A stretch of 45,147 nt of DNA, taken from Octopus sinensis. Its lineage: Eukaryota. The notes below the pieces were generated by a model. The model had not been told where the DNA came from. It did no database searches and saw only the letters and a program-made list of their open reading frames with translations. Positions 23,396 through 35,118 of the stretch are shown here, piece after piece (the first letter of the stretch is position 1; every line of letters begins with the position of its first letter). The stretch is taken from contig NW_021834679.1 of the NCBI RefSeq assembly GCF_006345805.1, forward strand, positions 1-45,147, written 5' to 3'. Made by a program: the position numbers and the translations under genes.

Positions 23396-23536
23396 TTTAT
23401 TTGGCGAGATTTTGGTTCCTTGTTGGGGTTATTTTTAATTATTCATTAATTAAGTAGTATTTTTCTTGCTAATTGATTATTCTTTTGATTCTGTCTGAAT
23501 TAACAGAATATTTCTAAATTTTTTCTGCTACGTAAG

Positions 23537-23643
23537 TGGGCAAGTGTCTTCTACTAAACCCTCGGGCCGATCAAAGCCTTGTGAGTAGATTTGGCGGACG
23601 GAAACTAAAAGAAGTCCGTCGTATATATATGTATATATATATG

Positions 23644-23676
<33 letters not shown>

Positions 23677-23895
23677 TTTTGTGTCTGTGTTTGTCCCCCC
23701 AACATCGCTTGACACCCAATGCTGGTGTGTTTACGTCCTCGTAACTTATCGGTTCGGCAAAAAGAGACTGATAGAATAAGTACTAGTCTTACAAAGAATA
23801 AGTCCTGGGGTCGATTTGCTCCACTACAGGCGGTGCTCCAGCATGGCCACAGTGAGGTGACTGGAACAAGTAAAAGTGTAAATGAGAGTAAAGAA
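23537..23895 (+). mobile_element. SINE family A, 5'-truncated
   Basis: Begins at gggcaagtgtcttctac; internal microsatellite; terminal ggcggtgctccagcatggccacag. Confidence 0.9.
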
Positions 23896-24129
23896 TATGT
23901 TCCTATGAAAATGTGGACGCCTAGGCAGACAATGGCTGAAACCGAAGTGAAATGATCACAGCTAAAATCTAGTTCTTTTTATGAATGGATTGCTAAGGCA
24001 GAATTGGTATAGAACAAGGAACAACAAAAATAGAAATAAAATATTGTTCATTTCTAGGTATAGTCCAAGGTATACTATGACTGAAACAAAGGTTGGATGA
24101 CGCTCAAGAGGCTATGACTCTTTCTTCTT

Positions 24130-24504
24130 TATCTTTTATATTTTACCAGTTTCATTCATTGGGCTGAGGCCATGCTAAGGCAACGCCTTGAAGAGTCTAA
24201 TCTTAGAAATTATTTTAAAGCTTGCTAATTTTCTTCCATAAGCATTTGCTGAACCGCTAAGTTACAGGAACGTAAGCAAACCAACACCGGTTGTCAAGCG
24301 ACGCAAACACATATACACACGTCACTTCCATACACATACGACGGGCTTCCGCACGTTTTCTGTCTACTGAATTCACTTACAAGGCATTGGTCAGCCCAGG
24401 GCTATAGTAGAAGACACTTGCTCAAGTTGCCGCAGAGTGGGACTGAACCCAGAAGCTTATGGCTGCAAAGGAAGCTTCTTAACCACACAGCCATGCTTGC
24501 GCCT
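24130..24504 (-). mobile_element. SINE family A, near full length
   Basis: gaaccgctaagttac ... ggttgtcaagcg ... gggactgaaccc ... aaccacacagccatgcttgcgcc. Confidence 0.85.
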
Positions 24505-25052
24505 ATTCGTTATTTTTATATACAAAGATCTACTTGATTGGGGCTGACCCGCAGTTGAAGTCACAACGATAGAAATATGGGTAACGACTGCAAATACCTG
24601 GAGATGAACCAATGACGAAGGTTTTTATACATCCAATTCGTGACCATCCTGATCAAGTACCCCAAATCACACCGACAAATTTAAGAATTAATCGATAAGG
24701 TAGTTGGTGGCTCCGTCGCAATGTGCATGACCAGGTTTTCTATGATTATAGGGCTGCTCAAGCAGAGGTGACTTCAGATTAAAGTACAACAGTAAAATGG
24801 TAGAAGTGAACCAAGGACGATAGTTCGACGTGGTTGTTTCAGCTGCAAGAAGTTGAAGCTAAATCTGTTTCTAATGATGTCCTGTTTATCGCCTTTAGAT
24901 TGAATAATAAATAATGTGTTTAGGATAAAAAAAAAAGACATACGTGAAGGTCATATCTGGAAAAAAGTTTCATTATAGGTTTACTCGATTGAGACAGATT
25001 GGGACAACATTAACATAGCAGCAGCAACAACAACAGCAGCAACATAATGAAT

Positions 25053-25392
25053 CGGAGTCGGTGACCCCCTTCGGTCACAAATGACCATGGTATTGCACTT
25101 AGAAAGTCACCCTCCTAGGCACAAGTCCGGGAAAGGTTGTTTATGGAAGACCAGCAATCGCTCATGCATACCGGCCTCTCCTCGCCACCGATGTTATCCA
25201 AGGGAAAGGCAAAGACAGATACAGCTTGGCACCAGTAACACGTCGCAACTCATTTCTACAGCTGAGTCAACTGGAGCAACGTGAAATAAAGAGTCTTGCT
25301 CAAGAACACAAATCGCAGCCCGGCCCGGGATTCGAACACGCAATCTCATGGTCATAAGATCGACGCTCTAACCACTGGGCCATGCGCCTTCA
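25053..25392 (-). mobile_element. SINE family C head with tail type 3
   Basis: Minus strand ggcgcatggcccagtggttagagc ... gttcgaatccc ... tgtgttcttgagcaagactctttatttcacgttgctccag, then a tail unrelated to types 1 and 2. Confidence 0.9.
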
Positions 25393-25395
25393 TAG

Positions 25396-25447
25396 AAAAT
25401 ATGGAACGCTTCACGAATTTGCGTGTCATCCTTGCGTAGGGGCCCAT
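25396..25447 (-). pseudogene. U6: U6 snRNA 3'-half retro-fragment
   Basis: Minus strand ATGGGCCCCTACGCAAGGATGACACGCAAATTCGTGAAGCGTTCCATATTTT matches the conserved U6 3' half (as I recall it) with one insertion and one substitution. Confidence 0.95.
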
Positions 25448-25487
25448 AATGAATACCAGCAACATTAAGAATGTCAACAAGAAGTCT

Positions 25488-26020
25488 TTCTATTATAGGC
25501 GCAAGGCCTGAAACTTCGGGGGAAGTGGCTAGTCGATTACACCTACCCCAGTACGTAGCTAATACTTATTTCATCGTTCCTGAAAGGATGAAGGACAAAG
25601 TCGACCTCGGTGGAATTTGAACTTAGAGCGTAAGGACGGACGAAATACCTATTTCTTTACTACCCACAAGGGGCTAAACACAGAGAGGACAAACAAGGAC
25701 AGACAAATGGATTAAGTCGGTTATATCGATCCCAGTACGTAACTGGTACTTATTTAATCGACCCCGAAAGGATGAAAGGCAAAGTCGTCCTCGGTGGAAT
25801 TTGAACTTAGAATGTAAGGACGGACGAACTACCGCTAAGTATTTTTCCTTTGCGTGCTGACAGTTATGCTAGTTCGCTGCCCTTTTTTTAAAGATCGATC
25901 CTGAAAGGATGAAAAGCAAAGGCGGCCTCAGCGGAATTTGGAGTCAGAGCATACAGACGGATGAAATGCCGCTAAGCACTTTGCCTGGCGTGCTAAACGA
26001 TTCTGCCAGCTTCCTGCCTT
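25488..26020 (-). mobile_element. Three tandem SINE family B units (25488-25649, 25650-25888, 25893-26020)
   Basis: gaaaggatgaa ... ggaatttg occurs three times; tail ii, then tail i. Confidence 0.88.
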
Positions 26021-26617
26021 TCAACGTCAATAAAAATAAGAACTGGATTTTCAAAAACAACAAGAATAACAACACCAAGAAATTAAATGAAAAAAAAAAA
26101 CCCTATAACTAGACTGTTAGTGACACCGATACCACCACAGCAACAAGAACAACTATGAATATAAATTTCCCAACAACCGGAAGCGTTATTTCCGATTGTA
26201 AAATATTCCTGTTTTTACTTGTTGGGTCTAAAGAAAATAGATGTGGCCCCAGTATATTCATTGATTAATATGTTTGCGCTTTATTACATTGTTAGAAAGG
26301 AAGGATGAGGAGGAGATGACTAGGCGTGGCTGGAAAAAATGTCAATAACCATCGGCATTTCACGCCCACCTTAACTGAAAGTTATGTAAAAGTTCATTAT
26401 AACGCATATAGTGATTCATTCATTAAGTCGTTTGATCGTGTCAACATTATTTGTGTATTGTTGCAGTTTGCAGACTATAGATACAAGAGGAGTTTAGCGG
26501 ATCGTATCTACTTACTGGAGATATCTGGAAAATAAAATCATATGCAAACAAAAAAACAAGACAAAAAGAAATGAGGTTATAGAACTCCAACAGAATCAAA
26601 GACTATAAGGTAATTAG

Positions 26618-26739
26618 GCGTATGCAGCCCCACTGCAGGGCCCCTTGGGCAGGTGTCTTCCATAATAGCATCGGACTGACCAAAGTCTTGTGAGTGAATT
26701 TTGTAAGCGGAAACTGAAAGCACGTCGTGTGTGTGTGTG

Positions 26740-26788
<49 letters not shown>

Positions 26789-26812
26789 ATATGTATGTAT
26801 ATATATATATAC

Positions 26813-26843
<31 letters not shown>

Positions 26844-27090
26844 TGTATGTATGTATGTGTGTGTATCTGTTTGTGTGTGCATTTATGTCAGTCCACTTTC
26901 ACCACTCAACACCCGGTGTTGGTATGCTTACGTCCCCGTATGAGAGCAGTTCGGTAAAAGAGTTCGATAGAATAAGTACCAGGTTTAAAAAATGCATAGG
27001 TACTGTGGGGTTTATTCTTTTGATTAAAATTCTTTGACGCGGTACCCCAGCATAGCTGTAGTCTAATAACTGAAACATGTAAAAGAATAA
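26618..27090 (+). mobile_element. SINE family A, degenerate
   Basis: ccttgggcaggtgtcttc ... cggaaactgaaag, microsatellite, ... gatagaataagtacc ... ccccagcatagc ... actgaaac. Confidence 0.85.
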
Positions 27091-28012
27091 TTAAGTGTAT
27101 GCTGAAAAGAAGAAACAAATTATCATTACGAGCCCAGGAAAGACAATCCTAAATGTACACAAGTTAGGGCTTCGTGTATCCCGGCTTGATCGCGTGGGTC
27201 GCATGGCTCCTCTGGGTTTCCTGGGTCTTCTGGGAAAAGGTAACTGACTTGGAAAGACCTGCTGACTTCATGAATACCATTGCTGATGTGTCCTGGTGAA
27301 TCCATACATAATGTAAAGAAAAAAGGCTAATACGGCAAAGAAGAAATAAATGTTTCTGCTAATACTATTATGTAGATTCCCCTTCAAGATTATAGAGGAA
27401 ACTAAAATTAAACTGTTGATATGTAGTGTATGTTGCCACTGGATTTTATTCACGATGCTGCATTCAACCTAATTATTAATGAATATAGATCTACTTCATG
27501 GCATATGCAGTAAAATTAGTTCAATAAAACACACGATGTTTATTTTCATATAATGCTGAAATTGATTGTTTCAATAGCAAATTTAATGGTGATAGATAGA
27601 CTTGCTTATAATCTATGATGACTTATATATTCCCTTTTAAGCTACTTAGAGTTACGCGTTTAAGCATAAGCTGCGTTGATACTGATGAACATGGTGGTTT
27701 TATGAAAGAATTAGGCATCGATATTGCTAATGTTTAGGGGATACGTATAAATACCGTATATTTTCACACACACGCATCTATAAATGTACGTATTTATATG
27801 TGTATGCATATGAACATATATATGTATGTATGCATGTATGTATGTCATTATTCAGTTTTATTTCAAGATTTCTTGCCAATATAGAAAGAGCCAGTTTCTA
27901 ATCTATATCCAAGGCTACTCCATTGGAATTTCGACATCAACAACGGTATTTTTGCATGTATGTATGTATGTATGTATGTATTTTTGTATGTATGTATGTT
28001 GCTTTTTGTGTG

Positions 28013-28352
28013 TGTGCGGTTTGTGGGAAGAGGTGTTTGAGTCGTGCAGGCCTTGTGAGCCATCAGAAATTTCACAGAAATCTATCCTTGATAAACAACG
28101 ATGTGGTTTTTAAAATTCACAACAGAACATGTGTAAAACGTGAAAGGGTGTGCCTCTCAGTTGGAGGTCTAAAAAGACATGTTAACAGAGTGCATATGGT
28201 GGCACCTGTTTCTCCTACCAGGCAGCACAATTGTGTAAAAGCTTGGCCAGGCTTAAAAGTCACATAAGGGCATCAAATAGCAACAACAATGAATAATTTC
28301 AGTCAGTCTTCTTGGCAATGGCTTTTCTCGTGTAACGAGGGTGCAGCTATTA
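28013..28352 (+). mobile_element. Fragment encoding three C2H2-like zinc fingers, then a stop and a short 3' UTR; probable retroelement (RTE-like) C-terminus
   Basis: CAVCGKRCLSRAGLVSHQKFH, TCVKRERVCLSVGGLKRHVNRVH and, after a frameshift, CKSLARLKSHIRA; no TGEKP linkers; flanked by (ATGT)n. Confidence 0.6.
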
Positions 28353-28359
28353 TTAGTAT

Positions 28360-28442
28360 ATGTATGTATGCATGTATGTATGTATGTATGTATGTATGTA
28401 TGTATGTATGTATGTATGTATGTATGTATGTATGTATGTATG
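28360..28442. repeat. (ATGT)n microsatellite
   Basis: Direct inspection; further (ATGT)n runs at 28771-28852 and 30059-30135. Confidence 0.97.
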
Positions 28443-28770
28443 TGTGCAGATTTGTAAGTTTTGTTTTATGCAAGTCTTCTCATGCTTATATTTGCATACC
28501 TCGACATGCTCATATATACTTAAATGATGGAAAGTTGTACAAATTTTTACAGTTCCAGTGATGGATTGGATCTGTAGTTTTTGAATCAGTTTTCTCCTTT
28601 CTGGGTTTGAGAAGCACAATTTCTCGAGTTTGGTATTTCAGCAGTGTGTTACATACCCCAGTGCCTCAATAATTACAGGTATAAACCTGAACTTGTAATT
28701 TGGATAGAGTAACTGTAGATTTCCCAATAGTTCAGCGTAGGTATTCTCTTTTTCACTGATCTTCAGCTTT
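28443..28770 (-). mobile_element. R4/Dong-like non-LTR retrotransposon, short 3' fragment (copy A)
   Basis: Minus strand KLKISEKENTYAELLGNLQLLYPNYKFRFIPVIIEALGYV...KLQIQSITGTVKIC; homologous to 28853-29180. Confidence 0.85.
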
Positions 28771-28852
28771 ATGTATGTATGTATGTATGTATGTATGCAT
28801 GTATGTATGTATGTATGTATGTATGTATGTATGTATGTATGTATGTATGTAT

Positions 28853-30058
28853 GTGCAGATTTGTATGTTTTGCTTTATATATGTATTCTCATGCCTATAG
28901 TTGCATATCTTGTCATGTTTATACATATTTAAATGATAAACTTCTGGAAAGTTTTCCAGATTTTTACAGTTCCAGTGATGGATTGGATCTATACTCTTCG
29001 GATTAGCTTTCTCCTTTCTGGTTTCGAGAAGCCTAATTTCTGAAGATTGGTATTTAGGCAGTGTGTTTTATATCCCAGGGCCCCAATAATTACATGTATA
29101 AACCCGAACTTGTAATCTGGTTAGAGTAATTGCAGATTTCTCAATAGTTCAACACAGGCTTTCTCTTTTTCAGCTTTATATTAACATTTGCTGGGCAGGT
29201 AATTTCTCCAAACGTTGACGGCTTCCCCTCTCCATCCCAAATCATTATATCAGGTCTGTTGTGCTTATATTTTATTGAGGTCTTCACTGGTACATTTCAC
29301 CAGTATTCCTTTCTATTATGAGTAGCTATGGCTTCTACCATATTGTGGGTTCTTATTTCGTTGTCCACGGGATTATCCTTCCGACGGATGTCATTATAGA
29401 GTACCCTAGCGACGTCATGTTTCCTCGGTGATAACATTTTCGGACAACTGCTTATGATGTGGGTGATATCTTTAGTGTGAACTCCACAAGTCTGCATCGG
29501 TCGTCACATTTCACGGCTTTTCCTGCATTTCTTTCCCTTTTGTGCATCAGGCACTTGGTTGATATTTCCTGCTCCTGGAATGCAAACGAATACCCTTCAA
29601 AGTGGGAGGTAGTAATCCGGCTATTGGTCCGTGATAAACTGTTTTGATGATCGATGTTACTATCATCATAGAGCTTTCTACTAACATACCCATGTATAGG
29701 ATTCTGCTCATTTTGGATCATCTTTTCGTCTGATGACACATTGCGGTAGAGTCGTGCGACTTCTTTGGGCATGTGTTCTAGGTTATCAGACAAAGAGTGT
29801 TGCTCAAGGAGCTGCCTTCCTAGTCTTATGATGTTATCAGCCTCATGTATGTAAACTTGGTCAAGGGATACACTTCGACACTTGGTGTTTAAAAGATGTT
29901 GCCGAAGGGATATGATGCGACATTCAAAGACATTTTGGATCGATGTTAAGCCTCTGCCGCCTTGTTTTCGTTTTAAGTAGAGGCGATTTACGTCACTGTT
30001 CATATGGAGTTTGTGTATGCTTGTTAGTATTTTTCTGGTTTTCAGATCAATGTCTCTG
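28853..30058 (-). mobile_element. R4/Dong-like non-LTR retrotransposon, 1.2-kb 3' fragment (copy B) with CCHC knuckle and REL endonuclease
   Basis: SDVNRLYLKRKQGGRGL; CRL/CGVHTKDITHIISSCP (frameshifted); HNRPDIMIWD...EITCP (PD-(D/E) motif); several stops and frameshifts. Confidence 0.9.
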
Positions 30059-30249
30059 ATGTATGTATGTATGTATGTATGTATGTATGTATGTATGTAT
30101 GTATGTATGTATGTATGTATGTATGTATGTATGTATATAGATAGATGGATGGATGGATGGATGTAAACTCGTTCAGATAGCATCAATACTGCAAAAGCAT
30201 GAGCAAGAAACTTCTCGCCGCAAAATAATTATCCACCTATGTGGTGTCT

Positions 30250-31030
30250 AACCAGATGCAACCGGTACACGAAATTTACGTTCGTTTCTTTGAGGCGAAA
30301 TACATTTATTGTTCCAGCGACCTGTCGGCCACATTCCAAGAATATTCCATAATGTCAATAACGATGACTGGGACCGAAAAGTGGAATTTCGTGAGTAGCA
30401 CTTGGCAAGATGTGTAGAATATGTACACTTCCCAGCAAAGATTATTTGTAGTGATGAAGCTAATTAAAAATGAAGTAGCGCAGTTATCCGCTACAGTCGC
30501 ACCCACTGGGCATCTGAGAGTCCGCATATTACAGAGAGACATCGTATTGGTTTCCCATGATGCGGTTTATCAGAAAATTAAGTCGGACCATTCTTTTTTT
30601 ACGGCAGTGTGACTGGCTCAATTTACTTGAAATTGCTGTAACAACTATTTATGTCAAGCATTCAACGGAATTAGAAAATGTTGAATTTTATTTCCAGTAT
30701 TTTTGGATCACTAGCTCTACCAAAGTAATGAAAGTGCCTACTTTAATGAGATATTTAAAAACAGGTTGTGTGGAGACACAGGTTCAGGAGAATACATTTT
30801 GTGTTCAGCGGACCTCACACCATCAGACTTGTTATGAGGATACTTGAAAGATAATATTTACTAGAGACAGGAGCAGTTTTAATACCTAGGTTTAATATCC
30901 GCACTGAAACGTCGTTGTTCTGTTAGAACAAACTTTACTGCGGTAGACACCATGAAAGGAAGTTTCATAATGGTTTTTGGTGCAAAATGTACGCTTTTTT
31001 ATATTGCTAACGGGGAGATAACTCCCCGCC
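30250..31030 (+). pseudogene. Decayed Tc1/mariner transposase
   Basis: HIPRIFHNVNNDDWDRKVEF; IICSDEA (first D at 30453); HWASESPH; CGLS..VGPFFF; SADLTPSDLL*GYLKDNIY at about 30805-30860. These match the SDEA / WASENPH / GPFFF / SPDLTPxDFFLWGYLK motifs; many stops. Confidence 0.85.
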
Positions 31031-31073
31031 ATCTCCAGCGCCAAGACCAGCGACAGTTTTTTACCGTACAAAA

Positions 31074-31690
31074 AGGGGGCGAGCTGGCAGAGACCTTAGC
31101 ACGCCGGGCGAAGTGCTTCGCATTTCGCCCGCCGGTATCTCCTGAGTTAAAATTCTGCCGAGGCCGACTTTGCCTTTCATCCTTTCGGGGTCGACAAATA
31201 AAGTACCAGTTATGCACTGGGGTCGATATAATCGACTTAATCCGTCTGTCTGTCCTTGTTTATCTCCTCTGTGTTTAGCCCCTTGTGGGTAGTAAAGAAA
31301 TAGGTATTTCGTCTGTCGCTACGTTCCGAGTTCAAATTCGCCGATGTCGCCTTTGCCTTTTATCCTTTCGGGGCCGATAAATTAAGTACCACTTACGCAC
31401 TGGGGTCGATCTAATCGACTTAATCCCTTTGTCTGTCCTTGTTTGTCCCCGCTATGTTTAGCTCCTTGTGGGCAATAAATAAATAATAAGCGTTAGCACG
31501 CCGGCAAAATGCTTAGCCGTATTTCGTCTGTCTTTACGTTCTGAGTTCAAATTTCGCCGAGGTCGACTTTGCCTTTTTGTCCTTTCGGGGTCGATAAATT
31601 AAGTACCTGTTGCATACTAGGGTCGATCTAATCGACTGGCCCACCCTCCTCTAAAATTTCGGGCCTTCTGTCTAGACTAGAAAAGATTAT
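31074..31690 (+). mobile_element. Three tandem SINE family B units (31074-31302, 31303-31490, 31491-31690)
   Basis: One full head, then two head-clipped units; tails i, i and ii. Confidence 0.92.
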
Positions 31691-31970
31691 TTACAGTTCA
31701 AAATCAGAAACAATCGACGAATTGAGAGCAGCCATTGAATGAAAACGTGCACAAATACCGAACACAATATTTTTTGATATTTACGACTCCATTGCTTCGC
31801 GTTATCAACTGTGCCCGGAACAGAACGGTAATCAATTTGAAAACAAGCTTTTAAAAACGTCTGTCTATCGATTTTATTCAATTTTGAAAATGAAATGTAT
31901 TTTGATAAACACTGACTTTATAATCATTCAATGTGTGTATACATTTTTTTGTTTTGGACACTTTGCATTT
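31688..31970 (+). mobile_element. Tc1/mariner 3' end (transposase C-terminus plus probable degenerate TIR)
   Basis: IYSSKSETIDELRAAIE*..QIP...DSIASRYQLCPEQNGNQFE; ends in gtgtatacattttttt..ggacactttgca, which resembles mariner-type TIRs. Confidence 0.7.
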
Positions 31971-32694
31971 AAAACGTATTATGAGGTATGTTGAAGTAAT
32001 TTATTAAATATATATTGAAGAAAAGCTAAAAGTAAAAAAAAATGAAGAGAGAGAGGGAGAGAGGGGGGTTAAATAAAATAGTGTTATTTTTCTGTTTCTC
32101 TCTTTTCTTATTAAATTTCCGACCACAAAAAGTCTTTTTCATGCGTTGAATGTTGTTGCAGAAAATCAACTGTCTCTGCTGTGGCCCGAAGTCCAACTGA
32201 AAATAAAATACACAAATAAATAATGAAATTAAAAATAAAAATAAATGCGTATTACATGGAACCAAATGATTTGATGTGATATATTTATTTTATTCAACTG
32301 ATGATTTTGAAAATCTCACAAACAAAAACAAAAATACATGATTTAAAAACAAAATTATTCTGCTAACGGGCGGTCTTTATTTATTTAATTTTTTTTTTTT
32401 CAAGATTGCCGGAGAAAACCAATTCTCCGTCTGATTGGCAGAAAGTTTTGACAAGCTGTAGCTACTAAATGTTTTTCACTCGGCCCCTGGGACTCGGTAA
32501 AGACAGATGATTTTTTTTCTTCTGTTTTTCCTGCTTTTGCATTTTTGTTTCATTTTTTTTTTATTTGAACATCGTTTAACTTTAGAAAATAACTTTTTTG
32601 TATTTTATTTTTCTGGCTGAAATCTGAAGAAGAAATGAGAAAAAGAGAAATAATAAAATGATATTTTTTATTTAATTTTATTGGGTTTAGCTTT

Positions 32695-33090
<396 letters not shown>

Positions 33091-33369
33091 ACATGAGTAC
33101 ATCTGCAGAGAGAGTGAGGGTGTAGAAAGGGAGAAAGAGTGACAGAGAATATGAGACACGCGTGTACAACCGAAGAGCTGTAAGTTTTGCTCCTGATTGT
33201 ATTCCGTATTTCATTACTGACAATGCACAAGAACTCAACAGGTAGCCGGTGCTATGAACATACGTCTATGCCAATTAAACCAATGAAATTAATGCCCCAC
33301 CCACGCCCCAACAGCTGAAAAATGTCAGAAAAATACACACTCGCACACACACATATCTATATGTGTGTG

Positions 33370-33735
33370 TTTGTGTCATTGTTGTGTCTTTGTTAGTCCC
33401 CTCCAGCACTGCTTGATAACGGATGTTGGTGTGTTTCGTCCCCGTAACTTAGCGGTTCGGCCAAAAAGGACCGTTTAAACAAGTCTTGCTGGCCTTGTGC
33501 CAAAATTTGAAATCGATATTCTTACAAAATAAGGTGGCGATTTGGCAGACCCGTTAGCCCATCGGCTAAAATACTTTGCGGCATTTCATCCATTTTTGTG
33601 TCTAAGCCGAGGACGAATTTGCCCTTCTGGGCCGATAGAATAAATACCAGTTGAGCACAGGGGTCGATGTAATCATCTTACACACTACCCCTCTCCCCCA
33701 GCAATTCTTGACAATGTGCTAAAATTTGAAATCAA
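33370..33735 (+). mobile_element. SINE A 3' fragment (33370-33490) followed by a degenerate SINE B (33528-33735)
   Basis: cccgtaacttagcggttcggcc; aaggtggcgatttggcaga ... taccagttgagcacaggggtcgatgtaatc. Confidence 0.75.
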
Positions 33736-34149
33736 TATATTTACAAAATATTCAGGGCATATCAAAAGAAATCTAGCAATTTCGATTTTTCTATTAACAC
33801 ATGTAGGTCACGAAATAAAGAGAAAATCGACTGAAAGGGTCTGTGGTTTTAAAGAGTGGGTAATAATATTTAATTTGGCTTTAAACGTGATCAGTTTCCA
33901 TTTTTCATAAATGAAATGCATTTGGAAGAAAAAAGAAAACAAAAAAGTAAAAAAGAAAAAAAGCAGTGCTCAAATGCGAGTATCAGATTTGTTTCTATAA
34001 ATAAACACTTAGAAGCCAAAGCACAGTTAATCAGTATTTACCTAAATCATATGCACAAACGTGCACATATATAATTATGTATGTGGATTTTGGCTTGACT
34101 ACGTATACCTCTATGTATCAGCGTAAGTTTGTGCGCGTGTGCATATGTT

Positions 34150-34180
<31 letters not shown>

Positions 34181-34329
34181 GTTTCCGTGTGTCCATTAGA
34201 TCAAGTGTCGCTTGCATTGTAGTTCATGAAAGAAATCTGTAAAAGAGTCAGTCTTAGAACTAGTCTAGTTACCGTTCTTAAGCATATGAACTCGCCTCAA
34301 GATAAGACATATCGGACACACAAATAATA

Positions 34330-34405
34330 GACATTTAGAAACCTATATATACATACATATACATACATACACACATACAAATACAAACACACACACACAC
34401 ACACA

Positions 34406-34470
<65 letters not shown>

Positions 34471-35087
34471 CACACATATATATATGCGTGTGTGTGTGCG
34501 TGCGTATGTATGTACATATACGCATATGCACGCATTTTTGCATATATACAAAAACACATATACGAAACGATACAAGCATACATATTACATCAGCTACGAA
34601 AATATCAACTTGAATGACAGCAAATATATGATTTATCACTTCACAAACGAACCTTAATACTACAGAGATTCGTACACAGATGCATACACACGCACGGAAG
34701 CATTCACATAGAATATATATAGATACATACTTACGTATGTATGAATATATGTATGTATGCATGTATGTATGTATGTATGTATGTATGTATGTATGTATGT
34801 ATGTATGTATGTTTGTATGTATGTATATATATATATAATATATAGAGATATATATAGATATGCATGCACGTATATGTGCATATGTATACATATTTATACA
34901 TAGATATATATGCATATATATGTATATGCTTATATACATACACATTACATATATATATGTATATATACATACACACATACATACGTATATATATATATAT
35001 ATATATACACACAAACATATACATATAATATACAGGTGAGTGTGTGCTTACAAACGACCGCACCCGCACACATATCGGATATATATA

Positions 35088-35118
<31 letters not shown>

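Noticed and set aside
25320-25392. tRNA gene at the SINE C head (also the other SINE heads)
   Set aside because: A and B boxes are present, but the acceptor and anticodon stems do not pair and the sequence continues into SINE body.
27679-27715. CTGATGA...GAAA hammerhead candidate
   Set aside because: Stem II pairs at only one position, and no stem I or III is present.
27850-27952. Possible REL endonuclease fragment (minus strand KNTVVDVEIPME) between (ATGT)n runs
   Set aside because: The match is too short and flanked by stops, so it cannot be supported without a search.
27923-28267. Host C2H2 zinc-finger gene
   Set aside because: It lacks TGEKP linkers, finger 2 lacks its second Cys, finger 3 is frameshifted, and the ORF start is microsatellite.
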